Assembly: GCA_963776865.1 (NCBI GenBank)
Contig: CAVZOG010000003.1
Location: 233,269-297,268, forward strand
Length of the DNA: 64,000 nt
From: an uncultured Chloroflexia bacterium
Lineage (GTDB): Bacteria; Chloroflexota; Limnocylindria; Limnocylindrales; CSP1-4
Reading direction: 5' to 3'
The position numbers and the translations under genes were made by a program. The notes under the pieces were generated by a model. The model was given only the letters and a program-made list of their open reading frames with translations. It had not been told where the DNA came from and did not search any database. Positions 41,946 through 51,787 of this stretch are shown here, in pieces (the first letter of the stretch is position 1; each line of letters begins with the position of its first letter).

Positions 41946-42488
41946 ATGAAGCTCCGCGTCGCAGTCGCACTCGCTCTCGCCATGACCTTACTGTTGCCTG
42001 GTCTGGCGCTCGCAGACACCAAAATTCGGGACCAAGGACTGTTCGGCGAACACAGGCTGCGCGACCGGTGGAGCAACCCGGGTGCAATCTGTACCTACGA
42101 CAATTCGTGGGGGCAGCTTCAGTCGATCGAGGTCCGGGCGCCGCGCGTTCTGGCTCGTGACGTGAGTTCGAGCGAGGACTCGCAGAATGTCGGGTGGCAG
42201 TTCTCGATCAAGCGTCGCTTCGAGGACGGCCGCCAGGTGACCGTGTATGCGAGCTCCACGCAGATCGCAACCGCCACGGACACGGCCGCTGCCCCGTTCG
42301 CAAGGATGTCTACCGCCTTCGTCCCTGACTACCCCGGTCCTTTCAAGGTGGTAGTTCGAATGTTCTGGTACGAGACAGGCGGGGCTATCGAGGGTATGGC
42401 CAAGCACCGGATCGATCACTACACCCGCATCACCGCTGAGGATTCCAACGCTCCTCACGAACGGGTGTGCGAGACCGGCTACGTGTAA
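41946..42488 (+). CDS. secreted hypothetical protein (signal peptide)
   Basis: MKLRVAVALALAMTLLLPGLALA signal. 180-aa ORF. Confidence 0.6.
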   Translation: MKLRVAVALALAMTLLLPGLALADTKIRDQGLFGEHRLRDRWSNPGAICTYDNSWGQLQSIEVRAPRVLARDVSSSEDSQNVGWQFSIKRRFEDGRQVTVYASSTQIATATDTAAAPFARMSTAFVPDYPGPFKVVVRMFWYETGGAIEGMAKHRIDHYTRITAEDSNAPHERVCETGYV

Positions 42489-42872
42489 GCGACGAGCAGG
42501 CCTCGCCAAGGGGTCGGTGTTCCGGCCCCGCTGGATTCCCAAAAGGCCCAGTTGGGCGCGTCGTCGACTGGGCCAGCGCCTTGGCGTAAAGCTGTACACG
42601 GCGAACGAGTCGCTCGGCATGAGCCGCTCAGCCGTGGTCAAGGCCAAGTAATAGCGCCTGGCAATCTCGAGGCGCAGGCGCTCCAAGCGGTCGAAACCTG
42701 ATCGCCGTTCTGACTGTCGTCGGCTCAGACGTCGGTGCTCTCCTGAAACGACGATCTACGTCGCCAGGAGCGAGCGATCAGAACCTTGTTCGAGCCTGGC
42801 AGACGATGGAGACTTATATCGGGCGCGCTCCGAGCACGCTTCTGGGCGCCATCCTGAGCCAGACATTGCGGT

Positions 42873-43214
42873 CTAGACCGACCCGCGCTCTCCTTCGTCG
42901 GGCTCGTTGGTTCTCGCCCCGGGCACGTCTTCGTCACTCACCCGCGCCATGCCCCAGATCTCGGACGCTATCTCCATCTCCTCGCGTGCCGCTCGATGGT
43001 ACGGCGCTGTGGATGGCGTCTCGGTCTTCCGTCGCCCTTCTGCATCTCGGAGTGCGTCGATGCGGTCCATCATGTACTCGGCCGACAGCTGTTGGAAGCG
43101 CTGGCGGTGTTCCTCGACCTCGGCCTTTAGAGCCTCGAGCTCGCCGTCCGTCGTGCCGTCCAGGCGCCGCTGAGCATCGCGCCAGTCTGCGAGGGACTCT
43201 TCTATCTTGCGCAT
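42873..43214 (-). CDS. small coiled-coil hypothetical protein (113 aa)
   Basis: Charged, heptad-like ORF (MRKIEESLADWRDAQRRLD...) divergent from the sigma factor gene. Low confidence. Confidence 0.4.
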   Translation of the reverse strand: MRKIEESLADWRDAQRRLDGTTDGELEALKAEVEEHRQRFQQLSAEYMMDRIDALRDAEGRRKTETPSTAPYHRAAREEMEIASEIWGMARVSDEDVPGARTNEPDEGERGSV

Positions 43215-43396
43215 CTGGTTGAAATTATGGCGCGGACATCAACTGGCTGTCACGGCGCCGCATGGGAACGTTTCAATGGCGAAGCGTTCACCCTGCGTCG
43301 CCCAGTCGGTTTCCAATTCCGAAGCATTATCCAATGCAGCGCGAAGATTGAACCGCTGAGGGCCTGTCCCAAGTCATAGGGTTAGAGGCCGGTTGA

Positions 43397-43975
43397 ATGA
43401 CCGGCACGCACCACGGCGGCTATGGCATGCGGCAGGAATTAATCGAACGGGCGATGGCCGGCGATCGGGATGCCTTCGGGCAACTCGCCGCGCACGATGT
43501 CGACCGTCTTCATGCCGTAGCGCATTTGATCCTGCGCGATTCCCACCTCGCTGAGGATGCCGTTCAGGAAGCACTGATCAGGTGTTGGCGCCAGTTGCCC
43601 AAGTTGCGCGATCCAGCGAGCTTCGACGGCTGGCTGTATCGCATCCTGGTCCACGCCGCAACGGACGAGCACAAACGTCGCCGGCGTTTCGCGGGCAGCG
43701 TCCAGAACGTCCGATTCGAGCCTGCAGCACCCGACGAGACGCGAGCCGTGGCCGACAGAGAGCAACTCGATCAGGGTTTCGAACGGCTGTCACTGGATCA
43801 TCGGGCAGTGGTCGTGCTGCATCACTTCGCGGACCTGCCGCTTGTCGAGGTGGCCGCGGCGCTCGGAATCCGAGAGGGCACGGCCAAGTCCCGGTACCAC
43901 TACGCGATGGCGTCGCTGAGGGCCGCCCTAGATGCTGAAATCCGACTTGCTGCTGCAGAAGGGGCACAGGCATGA
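43397..43975 (+). CDS. ECF-type RNA polymerase sigma factor (second copy)
   Basis: Region 2 (AFGQLAAHDVDRLHAVAHLILRD...AEDAVQEALI) and region 4 (AVVVLHHFADLPLVEVAAALGIREGTAKSRYHYA). AGAGG RBS. ATGA overlap with the next gene. Confidence 0.85.
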   Translation: MTGTHHGGYGMRQELIERAMAGDRDAFGQLAAHDVDRLHAVAHLILRDSHLAEDAVQEALIRCWRQLPKLRDPASFDGWLYRILVHAATDEHKRRRRFAGSVQNVRFEPAAPDETRAVADREQLDQGFERLSLDHRAVVVLHHFADLPLVEVAAALGIREGTAKSRYHYAMASLRAALDAEIRLAAAEGAQA

Positions 43976-46041
43976 ACGCCGAGCGAACCGTCACCGACTG
44001 GCTGAACGCCCAGGCTCCCACCCACGCTCCGGCGGGCCTGATCGGCGAGACGATTGACCGTATCGCCGCCGTACCTCAGGAGCGCGTCCTGTGGAGACGA
44101 CCCTTGGCTGCGGCGCACCGCGGCAAGTCACGATCGCTGCTTGCGCTAGTTGGGGCGATCCTTGCGATCAGTGTTGTGGGCGGCCTCGGAGTGGTCGGCG
44201 GGATGAACATCCTGATTGGACCGTCGGAGTCATCCTTGCCAACGACTTCGCCACCAGCGTCACCGTCCCCCGAGGCGACAGCATCACCGCAGCCGACGGG
44301 GTCGCCCCTTTCAATTGCGCCGCCAGGCGGCGGGCGAATCGCGTTCAGCACGAATGGAACCGACCCGGCGAAGGAAGGCGACATCTACCTCGTGACGCGT
44401 GGACAGGTACGCAGAATCGTCGGCTCGGATGCCGACTCCCTCAACGAACGCTGCCCAGCGCTGTCAGCGGATGGCACACAGCTGGCCTACGGCCAGGCAC
44501 GCGGCACCGATCAGGACGGACATACAGACGCCGCCCTGGTCATCGCGGATCTCGATGACTTGGGAAACGTCATCGCCACGCGCGGATTCGGGTTAAGCGG
44601 CTCCGGAGTTGATGAATCCGCGGCACCGCCGTGCGCGATCTGGTCGCCCGACGGTCAGTGGCTGGCGTTCGGCGTGGCCGTCTGGAAGGAGAGACCGGAC
44701 GGCGAAGTGGCGATCAACACGAGCGAAGTCCGGATAATCCCCGTCGGGGGACAGTCGATGACCTCACTCCCCGTGTCCGCCACCGATCTCGAGTGGTCGC
44801 CGGACAGCTCGCAGCTCGCGGTCGCAAGCGGTGTAGAGATAAGCATCTACCCGGTGGCGATGCCAGAACCGCACGAAACCCTATCGGGCACGCAAGGCGC
44901 AACCCAAATCAGCTGGTCGCCTGATGGCCAGTTCATCGCCTACCAGCGCGGGGAGCAGGACCAGCTGGTGGTGCACGACATCGTCACGGGTGAGAACCAC
45001 GTATTGGCGAGCGGATTCTCGATCGTCCATGGCATCGGACCAGTTTGGTCGCCAGCCGGAGATCAGATCGTGTACCAGCGGGTCTGCAATTCCTACATCA
45101 CCGAGGACGGAACGACCAAGCCGTGTCGCGAGCAGAGCGACGTGGTTCTGCTAGAGGCGGGTGCGGGTTCGAGCTGGCGACCGACCGAGGTGACGGAGCG
45201 GCTCATGCCCCCGTTCGTGCCGGATGGCCACAAGGAATTCGGGCCTTTGCCATCTCGCGTGACCTGGTCACCCGATGGCGACAGCCTCCTATACGCAACC
45301 TTTTTCGGGACGCTCGTTGCGGTTCCCGTCTCGGGTGATCAGACCGCCGTGGTTCTTGCGCAACACGACGACATGTCGGTCCATGAGGGAGGCTTCTCCA
45401 TTCCGATCCAGATTTGGGGTGTTCAACCAGCAGTGGTCATTCCGTCAATACCGGCTGAGTCCGTCTTGTTGGAGCCGGGCACGCACACTATTGCCCAGGG
45501 CACCTGGACTTCTCTGGGCCGGTTCCCACCGATGACTGGGCAGGCCCGGTTCACGCTCCCCGCAGGCTGGTCGACAGACAGCCGCGGCCGGGTATTCAAG
45601 GGAAGCGAGAACGGCCCGAGCGGTATCGGTCTGCAGTTCGGCACGATCAAGGACGTGTACGCCGATCCGTGCAGCTGGTCGGCAGGTGCTGTCGAGATCC
45701 AGCCAGGCTCGACTCGGTCCGGGTCCTTTGACGTGGCCACCGCGCTCGCCGGCGATGAGACGACGCTATCACGGGCGCGGCTGGGGTCGGACTTGGCCTA
45801 TCACCTAACCCTTGCCGTGCCGGCAACTATTTCCGACTGTGACAATGAAGAGTTCCGCAGATGGAACGCCCCTGACGGCCGTCGCACGTTCGAGCATCGC
45901 GCCGGCCAGATCGATGAAGTATGGATCGTCGACCCAGACCGTGAGTCGATCGTTCTGCACACCTGGTATTTCGCGGGCACCACAGCCGAAGATCGAGCGG
46001 AGTTGCAGGGGATCCTCGAATCCCTCTCGCTGCCCATGTGA
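43972..46041 (+). CDS. anti-sigma factor with TM, Ser/Pro linker, TolB/WD40-like beta-propeller (WSPDG repeats) and C-terminal ~190-aa domain shared with lipoprotein 40824..41669
   Basis: Coupled to the sigma gene. TM LLALVGAILAISVVGGLGVVGG. Repeated ...WSPDG(Q/S)... blades. C-terminal ARFTLPAGWSTDS...ELQGILESLSL. Confidence 0.75.
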   Translation: MNAERTVTDWLNAQAPTHAPAGLIGETIDRIAAVPQERVLWRRPLAAAHRGKSRSLLALVGAILAISVVGGLGVVGGMNILIGPSESSLPTTSPPASPSPEATASPQPTGSPLSIAPPGGGRIAFSTNGTDPAKEGDIYLVTRGQVRRIVGSDADSLNERCPALSADGTQLAYGQARGTDQDGHTDAALVIADLDDLGNVIATRGFGLSGSGVDESAAPPCAIWSPDGQWLAFGVAVWKERPDGEVAINTSEVRIIPVGGQSMTSLPVSATDLEWSPDSSQLAVASGVEISIYPVAMPEPHETLSGTQGATQISWSPDGQFIAYQRGEQDQLVVHDIVTGENHVLASGFSIVHGIGPVWSPAGDQIVYQRVCNSYITEDGTTKPCREQSDVVLLEAGAGSSWRPTEVTERLMPPFVPDGHKEFGPLPSRVTWSPDGDSLLYATFFGTLVAVPVSGDQTAVVLAQHDDMSVHEGGFSIPIQIWGVQPAVVIPSIPAESVLLEPGTHTIAQGTWTSLGRFPPMTGQARFTLPAGWSTDSRGRVFKGSENGPSGIGLQFGTIKDVYADPCSWSAGAVEIQPGSTRSGSFDVATALAGDETTLSRARLGSDLAYHLTLAVPATISDCDNEEFRRWNAPDGRRTFEHRAGQIDEVWIVDPDRESIVLHTWYFAGTTAEDRAELQGILESLSLPM

Positions 46042-46168
46042 CGCGTTCTTGTTCTCAACGGGCCGCGGCAAGCTCACGGCGTGCAGGCGCCGCTGTCTTG
46101 ACATCGATACCTTGGTGCAGGTGTAAGTTGCCTCCAGCGACCATTCGAAACGCTTAGCTGGAGCCCCG

Positions 46169-46522
46169 ATGAGAACCCTCAGCGTCGTCGACACATCAGC
46201 AGACATCGCCTGCACTCTTCCGGTCAACGAGATGCGTGATCGTCTCAGGGAGCTACAGGGACTTGTTGGCGATCGCCTCGAGAGTGCGATCCTCGTTGGC
46301 GACAAACTTCGGATCCGCATGGATCGAGACGGCGACGAGGATCTCGACCGCAAGGTCGTCGCCTGGGCTGAGGTCGAGAAGGGCTGCTGCGCATTCCTCG
46401 GCTTCGCCATCGAGTCGGATTTGGACGTTGTGACGCTGGAGATCGCCGCGCCCACAGAGGCAACCGCGACGCTTGAGGGTATCGAGTGGATCTTCCAGGC
46501 AGCCGGGCAGATGCCCGCGTGA
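46169..46522 (+). CDS. hypothetical protein (117 aa) co-transcribed with the MerR-family regulator
   Basis: Stop overlaps the GTG start of the next gene (GTGA). Contains EVEKGCCAF. Confidence 0.45.
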   Translation: MRTLSVVDTSADIACTLPVNEMRDRLRELQGLVGDRLESAILVGDKLRIRMDRDGDEDLDRKVVAWAEVEKGCCAFLGFAIESDLDVVTLEIAAPTEATATLEGIEWIFQAAGQMPA

Positions 46523-46956
46523 CCGACGGGCTTCGCATCGGCGACGTCGCCCGATCTGCCGGGGTCAACGTCCAGACACTCCGCTATTACGAGCGCCGCG
46601 GCCTCGTTGTACCGAGCTTTCGGCGGCACTCCGGCCAGCGCGAGTACGACGAATCTGACGTGAGCCGAGTCAAGGTGATCAAGGCCGCACAACGCCTCGG
46701 TTTCACCTTGGCTGAGATCCATGAGATGTTCGACCTCTCCGCTCACCGTCACAGCACTGGCGAGCTTCGGACACGCGCCGCCGCCAAGGTCGCCGAGATC
46801 GACGGACGAATCGATCGTCTCAAGTCGATGCGCGCCGATTTGTCGGCAGTTATCGCTGCCGATTGCGACTCGTTGACCGACTGCTCTTGCGGACTGGGCT
46901 GTCCGCTGCCATTCGTCGAGCTGAGCAAGCAGAGGAAGACACATGCCCGAGATTGA
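46519..46956 (+). CDS. MerR-family transcriptional regulator with Cys-rich C-terminus (CDSLTDCSCGLGCP)
   Basis: HTH IGDVARSAGVNVQTLRYYERRGLV and coiled-coil dimerisation region. The C-terminal Cys cluster suggests metal sensing. Confidence 0.8.
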   Translation: MTDGLRIGDVARSAGVNVQTLRYYERRGLVVPSFRRHSGQREYDESDVSRVKVIKAAQRLGFTLAEIHEMFDLSAHRHSTGELRTRAAAKVAEIDGRIDRLKSMRADLSAVIAADCDSLTDCSCGLGCPLPFVELSKQRKTHARD

Positions 46957-47164
46957 CCGGACGGGAGCAGCCGTCGTTGCCGTGGCCTGCGTCGCGTGTT
47001 GCCTGCCGCTCGTAATCGCCGCTGGTCCCGTGGCGATCGGGGCCGGTGCTGTGGCCGCGACAGTTGGCGTCGGGGTCGGGATCGCGCACAAGATGCGCCG
47101 CACTAGGCCCGACCGAACTGAGGTCGTAACCGAGGTCGACAAGGAAACGTACCCGGCCCGCTGA
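46943..47164 (+). CDS. small membrane protein (73 aa) with CVACC motif
   Basis: ATG overlaps the MerR stop. One or two TM segments (AAVVAVACVACCLPLVIAAGPVAIGAGAVAATVGVGVGIA). Confidence 0.45.
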   Translation: MPEIDRTGAAVVAVACVACCLPLVIAAGPVAIGAGAVAATVGVGVGIAHKMRRTRPDRTEVVTEVDKETYPAR

Positions 47165-47199
47165 CCCACCGGATGGGGTGATGCCGCGCGGAGCGACGC

Positions 47200-48936
47200 G
47201 TGGTCCGATGTCGGCCAACGATGAACGCCACATCAGCCGTCGCCAGCGTCAAGGGCTACTACAGCACGCGTTTCCGACGCGAATGGATCGGCCGCGACGT
47301 AGTGGCTGGGCTCGTGCTGGCCAGCCTGCTGGTGCCGCAGGGCATGGCCTACGCCGAGCTTGCCGGCCTGCCGCCGATCACCGGCCTGTACACCTCGATC
47401 CTGTGCCTCGTCGCCTACGCGCTCGTTGGCCCGTCGCGGATCCTGGTCCTCGGCCCCGACTCGTCACTTGGGCCGATGATCGCGGCGACGATCCTGCCGC
47501 TGATGGTCGCCGGCGGCGATCCGCAGAAGGCGGTCATGTACGCATCGGCGCTGGCGCTCATGGTCGGCGTGGTGATGCTCGTCGGCGCGCGGGCAGGTCT
47601 GGGCTTTATAGCCGACCTGCTCTCCAAGCCGACCCAGATCGGCTACATGAACGGCCTCGCGCTGACGATCTTCGTCGGCCAGCTGCCCAAGCTGTTCGGC
47701 TTCTCGAGCGACGCGAACGGTCTGATCGACGAGACGATCGCCTTTGTGCGCGGGGTGGCCGAGGGCCAGACGGTGCCAGCCGCGCTTGCTGTCGGCCTGA
47801 TCAGCATCGCGATCATGGTCGTCTTGGGCCGCTGGTTGCCCAAGATCCCGGCCGTGCTGGTTGCGGTCGTCGCGGCGATGGCCATCGTTGTCGCGTTCGA
47901 TCTCGGCGCCGCCGGCGTCTCGCTGGTCGGCACACTGCCGGCCGGACTCCCGCCGCTGACCATCCCGCTCGTTCCTTTGGCCGACATAGGTTTGCTGATC
48001 GCCGGCGCGTTGGGTATCGCCGTCGTGTCGCTGGCCGACACGATCTCGACCTCGTCCGCCTTTGCGGCACGCACCAAGCAGGAGGTCCATGCCGACCGTG
48101 AGATGGTCGGCATTGGAGCGGCCAACATCGCCGCCGGTTTCTTCCAGGGCTTCCCGGTCAGCACGAGCGGCTCGCGCACGGCGGTTGCCGAACGAGCCGG
48201 CGCGCGATCGCAGCTGACCGGTCTGGTCGGCGCAGCAGTGATCGCCGCGATGCTCATCTTCCTGCCCGGACTGTTCCAGTTCCTGCCCCAGCCGACGCTC
48301 GCCGCGGTGGTCATCATCGCCTCGATCAGCCTGGCCGACGTGCCGGGAACAATGCGCCTGTTCCGACAGCGACCGGCCGAGTTCGCCATCTCCCTCGCGG
48401 CCTTCCTGGGCGTGGCCCTGTTCGGCGTTCTACCCGGCGTCGCAATCGCGGTCGGCATCTCGATCATGGCCGTCTTCCAGCGCGCGTGGAACCCGTACCG
48501 CACGGTTCTCGGCGACGTGCCCGGAGTTCGGGGCTACCACGACGTGCGCTCCTATCCGCAGGCCGAACAGCTGCCTGGGCTGGTCATCTATCGCTTCGGG
48601 GCGCCATTGATCTTCGCCAACGCGCCGACCTTCCGCGACGAGATCCGCGAGTTTGCCAAGGCAGATCCGCCCCCGACCTGGATCGTCATTGCCGCCGAGC
48701 CCATTACCGACATCGATATCACCGCCTCGGACATGCTCGACGAGCTGGACGCCGAGCTTGAGGCGGCGGGCATAGCCCTCGTCTTCGCGGAGCTCAAGGA
48801 CGCGGTGCGCGACAACGTCGACGACTACGGCATGCGCTGGCTCCAGCGTCGCGACCGTTTCTACCCGACCCTCGGAGCGGCGGTCACGGCGTACCGAGAG
48901 CAGGCGGAGTCACCCACGCGGGGTGATGAATCGTGA
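47200..48936 (+). CDS. SulP-family anion permease with C-terminal STAS domain
   Basis: ...VAGLVLASLLVPQGMAYAELAGLPPITGLYTSI... is the SulP signature. STAS-like C-terminus (...IDITASDMLDELDAELEAAGIALVFAELKD). Confidence 0.85.
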   Translation: MVRCRPTMNATSAVASVKGYYSTRFRREWIGRDVVAGLVLASLLVPQGMAYAELAGLPPITGLYTSILCLVAYALVGPSRILVLGPDSSLGPMIAATILPLMVAGGDPQKAVMYASALALMVGVVMLVGARAGLGFIADLLSKPTQIGYMNGLALTIFVGQLPKLFGFSSDANGLIDETIAFVRGVAEGQTVPAALAVGLISIAIMVVLGRWLPKIPAVLVAVVAAMAIVVAFDLGAAGVSLVGTLPAGLPPLTIPLVPLADIGLLIAGALGIAVVSLADTISTSSAFAARTKQEVHADREMVGIGAANIAAGFFQGFPVSTSGSRTAVAERAGARSQLTGLVGAAVIAAMLIFLPGLFQFLPQPTLAAVVIIASISLADVPGTMRLFRQRPAEFAISLAAFLGVALFGVLPGVAIAVGISIMAVFQRAWNPYRTVLGDVPGVRGYHDVRSYPQAEQLPGLVIYRFGAPLIFANAPTFRDEIREFAKADPPPTWIVIAAEPITDIDITASDMLDELDAELEAAGIALVFAELKDAVRDNVDDYGMRWLQRRDRFYPTLGAAVTAYREQAESPTRGDES

Positions 48937-48973
48937 CCTCGCGCAATGTTGAATTCGTAGTCACGTCGACCGC

Positions 48974-51787
48974 ATGTCACGGCGGCCTTCCTATTCACGC
49001 CCGGGAGACGGGCACTGGCGACGAGAGGTGAGCGACTTGACCGAGGAACGAACGCCGGCCGCGCCGACTGCCTGGCACGCGCTGACCACCGACGAGGCGC
49101 TCGAACGCCAGAAGGTGGCGGTCGACGCCGGCCTGAGCGCAACCGAGGTCACCCGACGCCAGTCGGAGTACGGGCTGAACAGGTTCGACGACGCGCCTAA
49201 GGAGCCACGCTGGCGTGCATTCCTGCGTCAGTACACGGACCCGATGCAGATCGTTCTGCTGATCGCTGGCATCGTCAGCCTATTCATTCCCAGTCAGTTC
49301 GCGACTGGCGTCCTGCTCATCGGACTGACGCTGTTCAACGCTGCGTTGGGCCTGAGCCAGGAAGGCAAGGCATCGGCCAGCGTCGCCGCGCTCCAGACGA
49401 TGATGGTCGTCAAGTCAAAGGCTCGCCGCGACGGATCGCTCGTCGAAGTGCCGATGGAACAGTTGGTGCCAGGCGACATCGTCAACATCGAGGCCGGTGA
49501 CCTTGTTCCTGCGGATTCGCGGGTCCTTACGTCGGCCACGCTGGAGATCGACGAATCGGCGCTGACCGGCGAAAGCGTGCCTGTGCCCAAGCAGGTCGCC
49601 CCTGTAGCTGCGGACTCTGCCCTCGGCGACCGTGTAGACCTCGCTTTCATGAACACCCAGGTGACGCGCGGCGCGGGAACGATTCTGGTCGTCAAGACCG
49701 GGATGGAAACCGAGGTCGGACACATCAGCGGCATGCTGCAGGTCGCCAAGGACGAGGTGACCCCTCTCACCAAGCAGCTGAACAGCCTCACCAACCAGAT
49801 CCTGATCATTGCCGGTGTCTCCCTCCTGGCATCGATCGGTCTCGGGCTGTGGCGCAACACACCATTCTCAGAGCTGTTCCTGACGGCAGTGGCATTCTCG
49901 GTGTCCGCGATTCCGACCGGTCTACCGGCCGTTGTTACCGCCGTCCTTGCGAGCGGCACCCAGACGCTGGCCGCAGCAGGCGCCATCGTGAAGCGCCTCC
50001 GTTCCGTGGAGACGCTCGGATCTACGAGCGCCATCAACTCCGACAAGACGGGCACGCTGACACTTAACCAGATGACCGCCGTGCAGATGGCCGTCGTGGG
50101 TCGCAGATACGCGATCACGGGTGAGGGTTACTCCACCGAAGGACAGATAACGCACGTTGGTGGCGCGCCGGATGTCCCGCTCGATAATCTGCTGTTGCCC
50201 ATGGCGTTGTGCGCCGACGCCGAGATCAAGGACGGCGCGATGATCGGCGATCCGACTGAGGGCGCCCTGGTCGTCCTGGCCGCCAAGGGCGGCGTCGATC
50301 CGACGCTCACTCGACAAACCTACCCGCGCGTGGCGACCCTGCCATTCGACGCCGCCTACAAGATGATGGCCACGTTCCATCGAATGAAGGACGACGCGGG
50401 CAAGGACGTCATCCGCTGCTATGTCAAGGGAGCGCCCGACCAGCTGCTGGCACGCGCCACGACGGCCCACGGTCCGGATGGCACAGATGTAACGGTCGAC
50501 GACAACGGTCGAGCTACTTACCTGGCCGAGAACGAGCGTCTTGGCGCCCAGGGCCTGCGTGTCCTGGCCACGGCCCAGCGAGATTTCGACCCACAGACAT
50601 TCAACGCGGATGCTGACTTGCTGCCGTTGATCTCGGACCTCAAGCTGCTGGCGCTCGTCGGCATCGTCGATCCACCGCGTGTCGAAGCTCGTGACGCGAT
50701 TGCGCGCGCGCATGCGGCCGGTATCCAGGTGCGGATGATCACCGGCGATCACGCCATCACCGCGGAGGCGATCGCCCGCCAACTCGGAATCACCGGCCGC
50801 GCGATCACCGGTGCCGAGTTCTCGGCGATGTCAGAGGAAGAAGCCGATCGCCAGATCGATGACATTGGCGTCATCGCCCGCGTCGCTCCGGAGGACAAGG
50901 TCCACCTGGTCGAGATCCTTCGGCGCAAGGGTCACATCATCGCCATGACCGGCGACGGTGTTAACGACGCGCCGGCACTCAAGCGCGCCGACATCGGCGT
51001 GGCGATGGGCATCACCGGCACCGAGGTCTCCAAGGAGGCCGCGGTGATGATCCTGACCGACGACAACTTCGCCACGATCGTCAAGGCCGTCGAACTTGGC
51101 CGGGCCCTGTACGACAACCTGTTGCGCTACATCCGCTTCCAGATGACCTGCCTCTTCGGGTTCATCGGGACATTCCTGGGGGCAAGCATCTTCAACATCC
51201 TGGGCGGCGTCCCGTTCCTGCCGTTGCAGACGCTGTGGATCAACTTCACGGTCGACATCTTCCAGGCCATCGGCCTTGGCTACGGCAAACCGCGTGAGGG
51301 CCTGATGGAGGAGGCCCCTCGGCCCAAGGATCGCCAGATCCTGCCGAGACCGTTGTTCCTCTGGCTGGCTGCCGTCGGCATATACATGGCCGCGTGGACG
51401 CTCGGAGTCATCGTCTGGGCCGGCAACAACCATGGTGAAGCGGTCGCCCACACGATGGGCCTGGTCACGTTCTCGCTCTTCCACCTGTTCTATTCACTCG
51501 AGACGTCCAATGCCGAACGCACCCTGTTCAGCAGCGAATTGCTGGAGAATCCGACGTTGGTCAAGACGACGTTGCTCTCTGCACTGACGATCTTCCTGGC
51601 TGCGTCCTTCGCGCCGCTCCAGCGTCTGCTGGACACGGTCGATCTGTCACTTGAGCAGTGGGCGATCTGCATCGGCGCTGGGGCCACGATCATCGTCGTC
51701 GAGGAGATCCGGAAGTTCATTCGTCGGCGATCGCAGCCGAAGCCGGCGGAAGCACCGGTTCAGGCAGCCGCGCCGGTGGCAGCGTGA
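48974..51787 (+). CDS. P-type cation-transporting ATPase (P2-type, Ca2+/Mg2+-like); true start probably GTG/TTG at ~49027-49036
   Basis: TGES, DKTGTLT, KGAPD and MTGDGVNDAPAL motifs. Ten TM segments. N-terminal cation-ATPase domain. Confidence 0.85.
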   Translation: MSRRPSYSRPGDGHWRREVSDLTEERTPAAPTAWHALTTDEALERQKVAVDAGLSATEVTRRQSEYGLNRFDDAPKEPRWRAFLRQYTDPMQIVLLIAGIVSLFIPSQFATGVLLIGLTLFNAALGLSQEGKASASVAALQTMMVVKSKARRDGSLVEVPMEQLVPGDIVNIEAGDLVPADSRVLTSATLEIDESALTGESVPVPKQVAPVAADSALGDRVDLAFMNTQVTRGAGTILVVKTGMETEVGHISGMLQVAKDEVTPLTKQLNSLTNQILIIAGVSLLASIGLGLWRNTPFSELFLTAVAFSVSAIPTGLPAVVTAVLASGTQTLAAAGAIVKRLRSVETLGSTSAINSDKTGTLTLNQMTAVQMAVVGRRYAITGEGYSTEGQITHVGGAPDVPLDNLLLPMALCADAEIKDGAMIGDPTEGALVVLAAKGGVDPTLTRQTYPRVATLPFDAAYKMMATFHRMKDDAGKDVIRCYVKGAPDQLLARATTAHGPDGTDVTVDDNGRATYLAENERLGAQGLRVLATAQRDFDPQTFNADADLLPLISDLKLLALVGIVDPPRVEARDAIARAHAAGIQVRMITGDHAITAEAIARQLGITGRAITGAEFSAMSEEEADRQIDDIGVIARVAPEDKVHLVEILRRKGHIIAMTGDGVNDAPALKRADIGVAMGITGTEVSKEAAVMILTDDNFATIVKAVELGRALYDNLLRYIRFQMTCLFGFIGTFLGASIFNILGGVPFLPLQTLWINFTVDIFQAIGLGYGKPREGLMEEAPRPKDRQILPRPLFLWLAAVGIYMAAWTLGVIVWAGNNHGEAVAHTMGLVTFSLFHLFYSLETSNAERTLFSSELLENPTLVKTTLLSALTIFLAASFAPLQRLLDTVDLSLEQWAICIGAGATIIVVEEIRKFIRRRSQPKPAEAPVQAAAPVAA

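Noticed and set aside
42490-42870. Possible IS/transposase remnant (plus-strand ...LGVKLYTANESLGMSRSAVVKAK* ending at 42651; minus-strand ERLRLEIARRYYLALTTAERL)
   Set aside because: Only short HTH-like snippets, with no DDE motif, inverted repeats or target duplication that I could find. Left as unassigned intergenic DNA.
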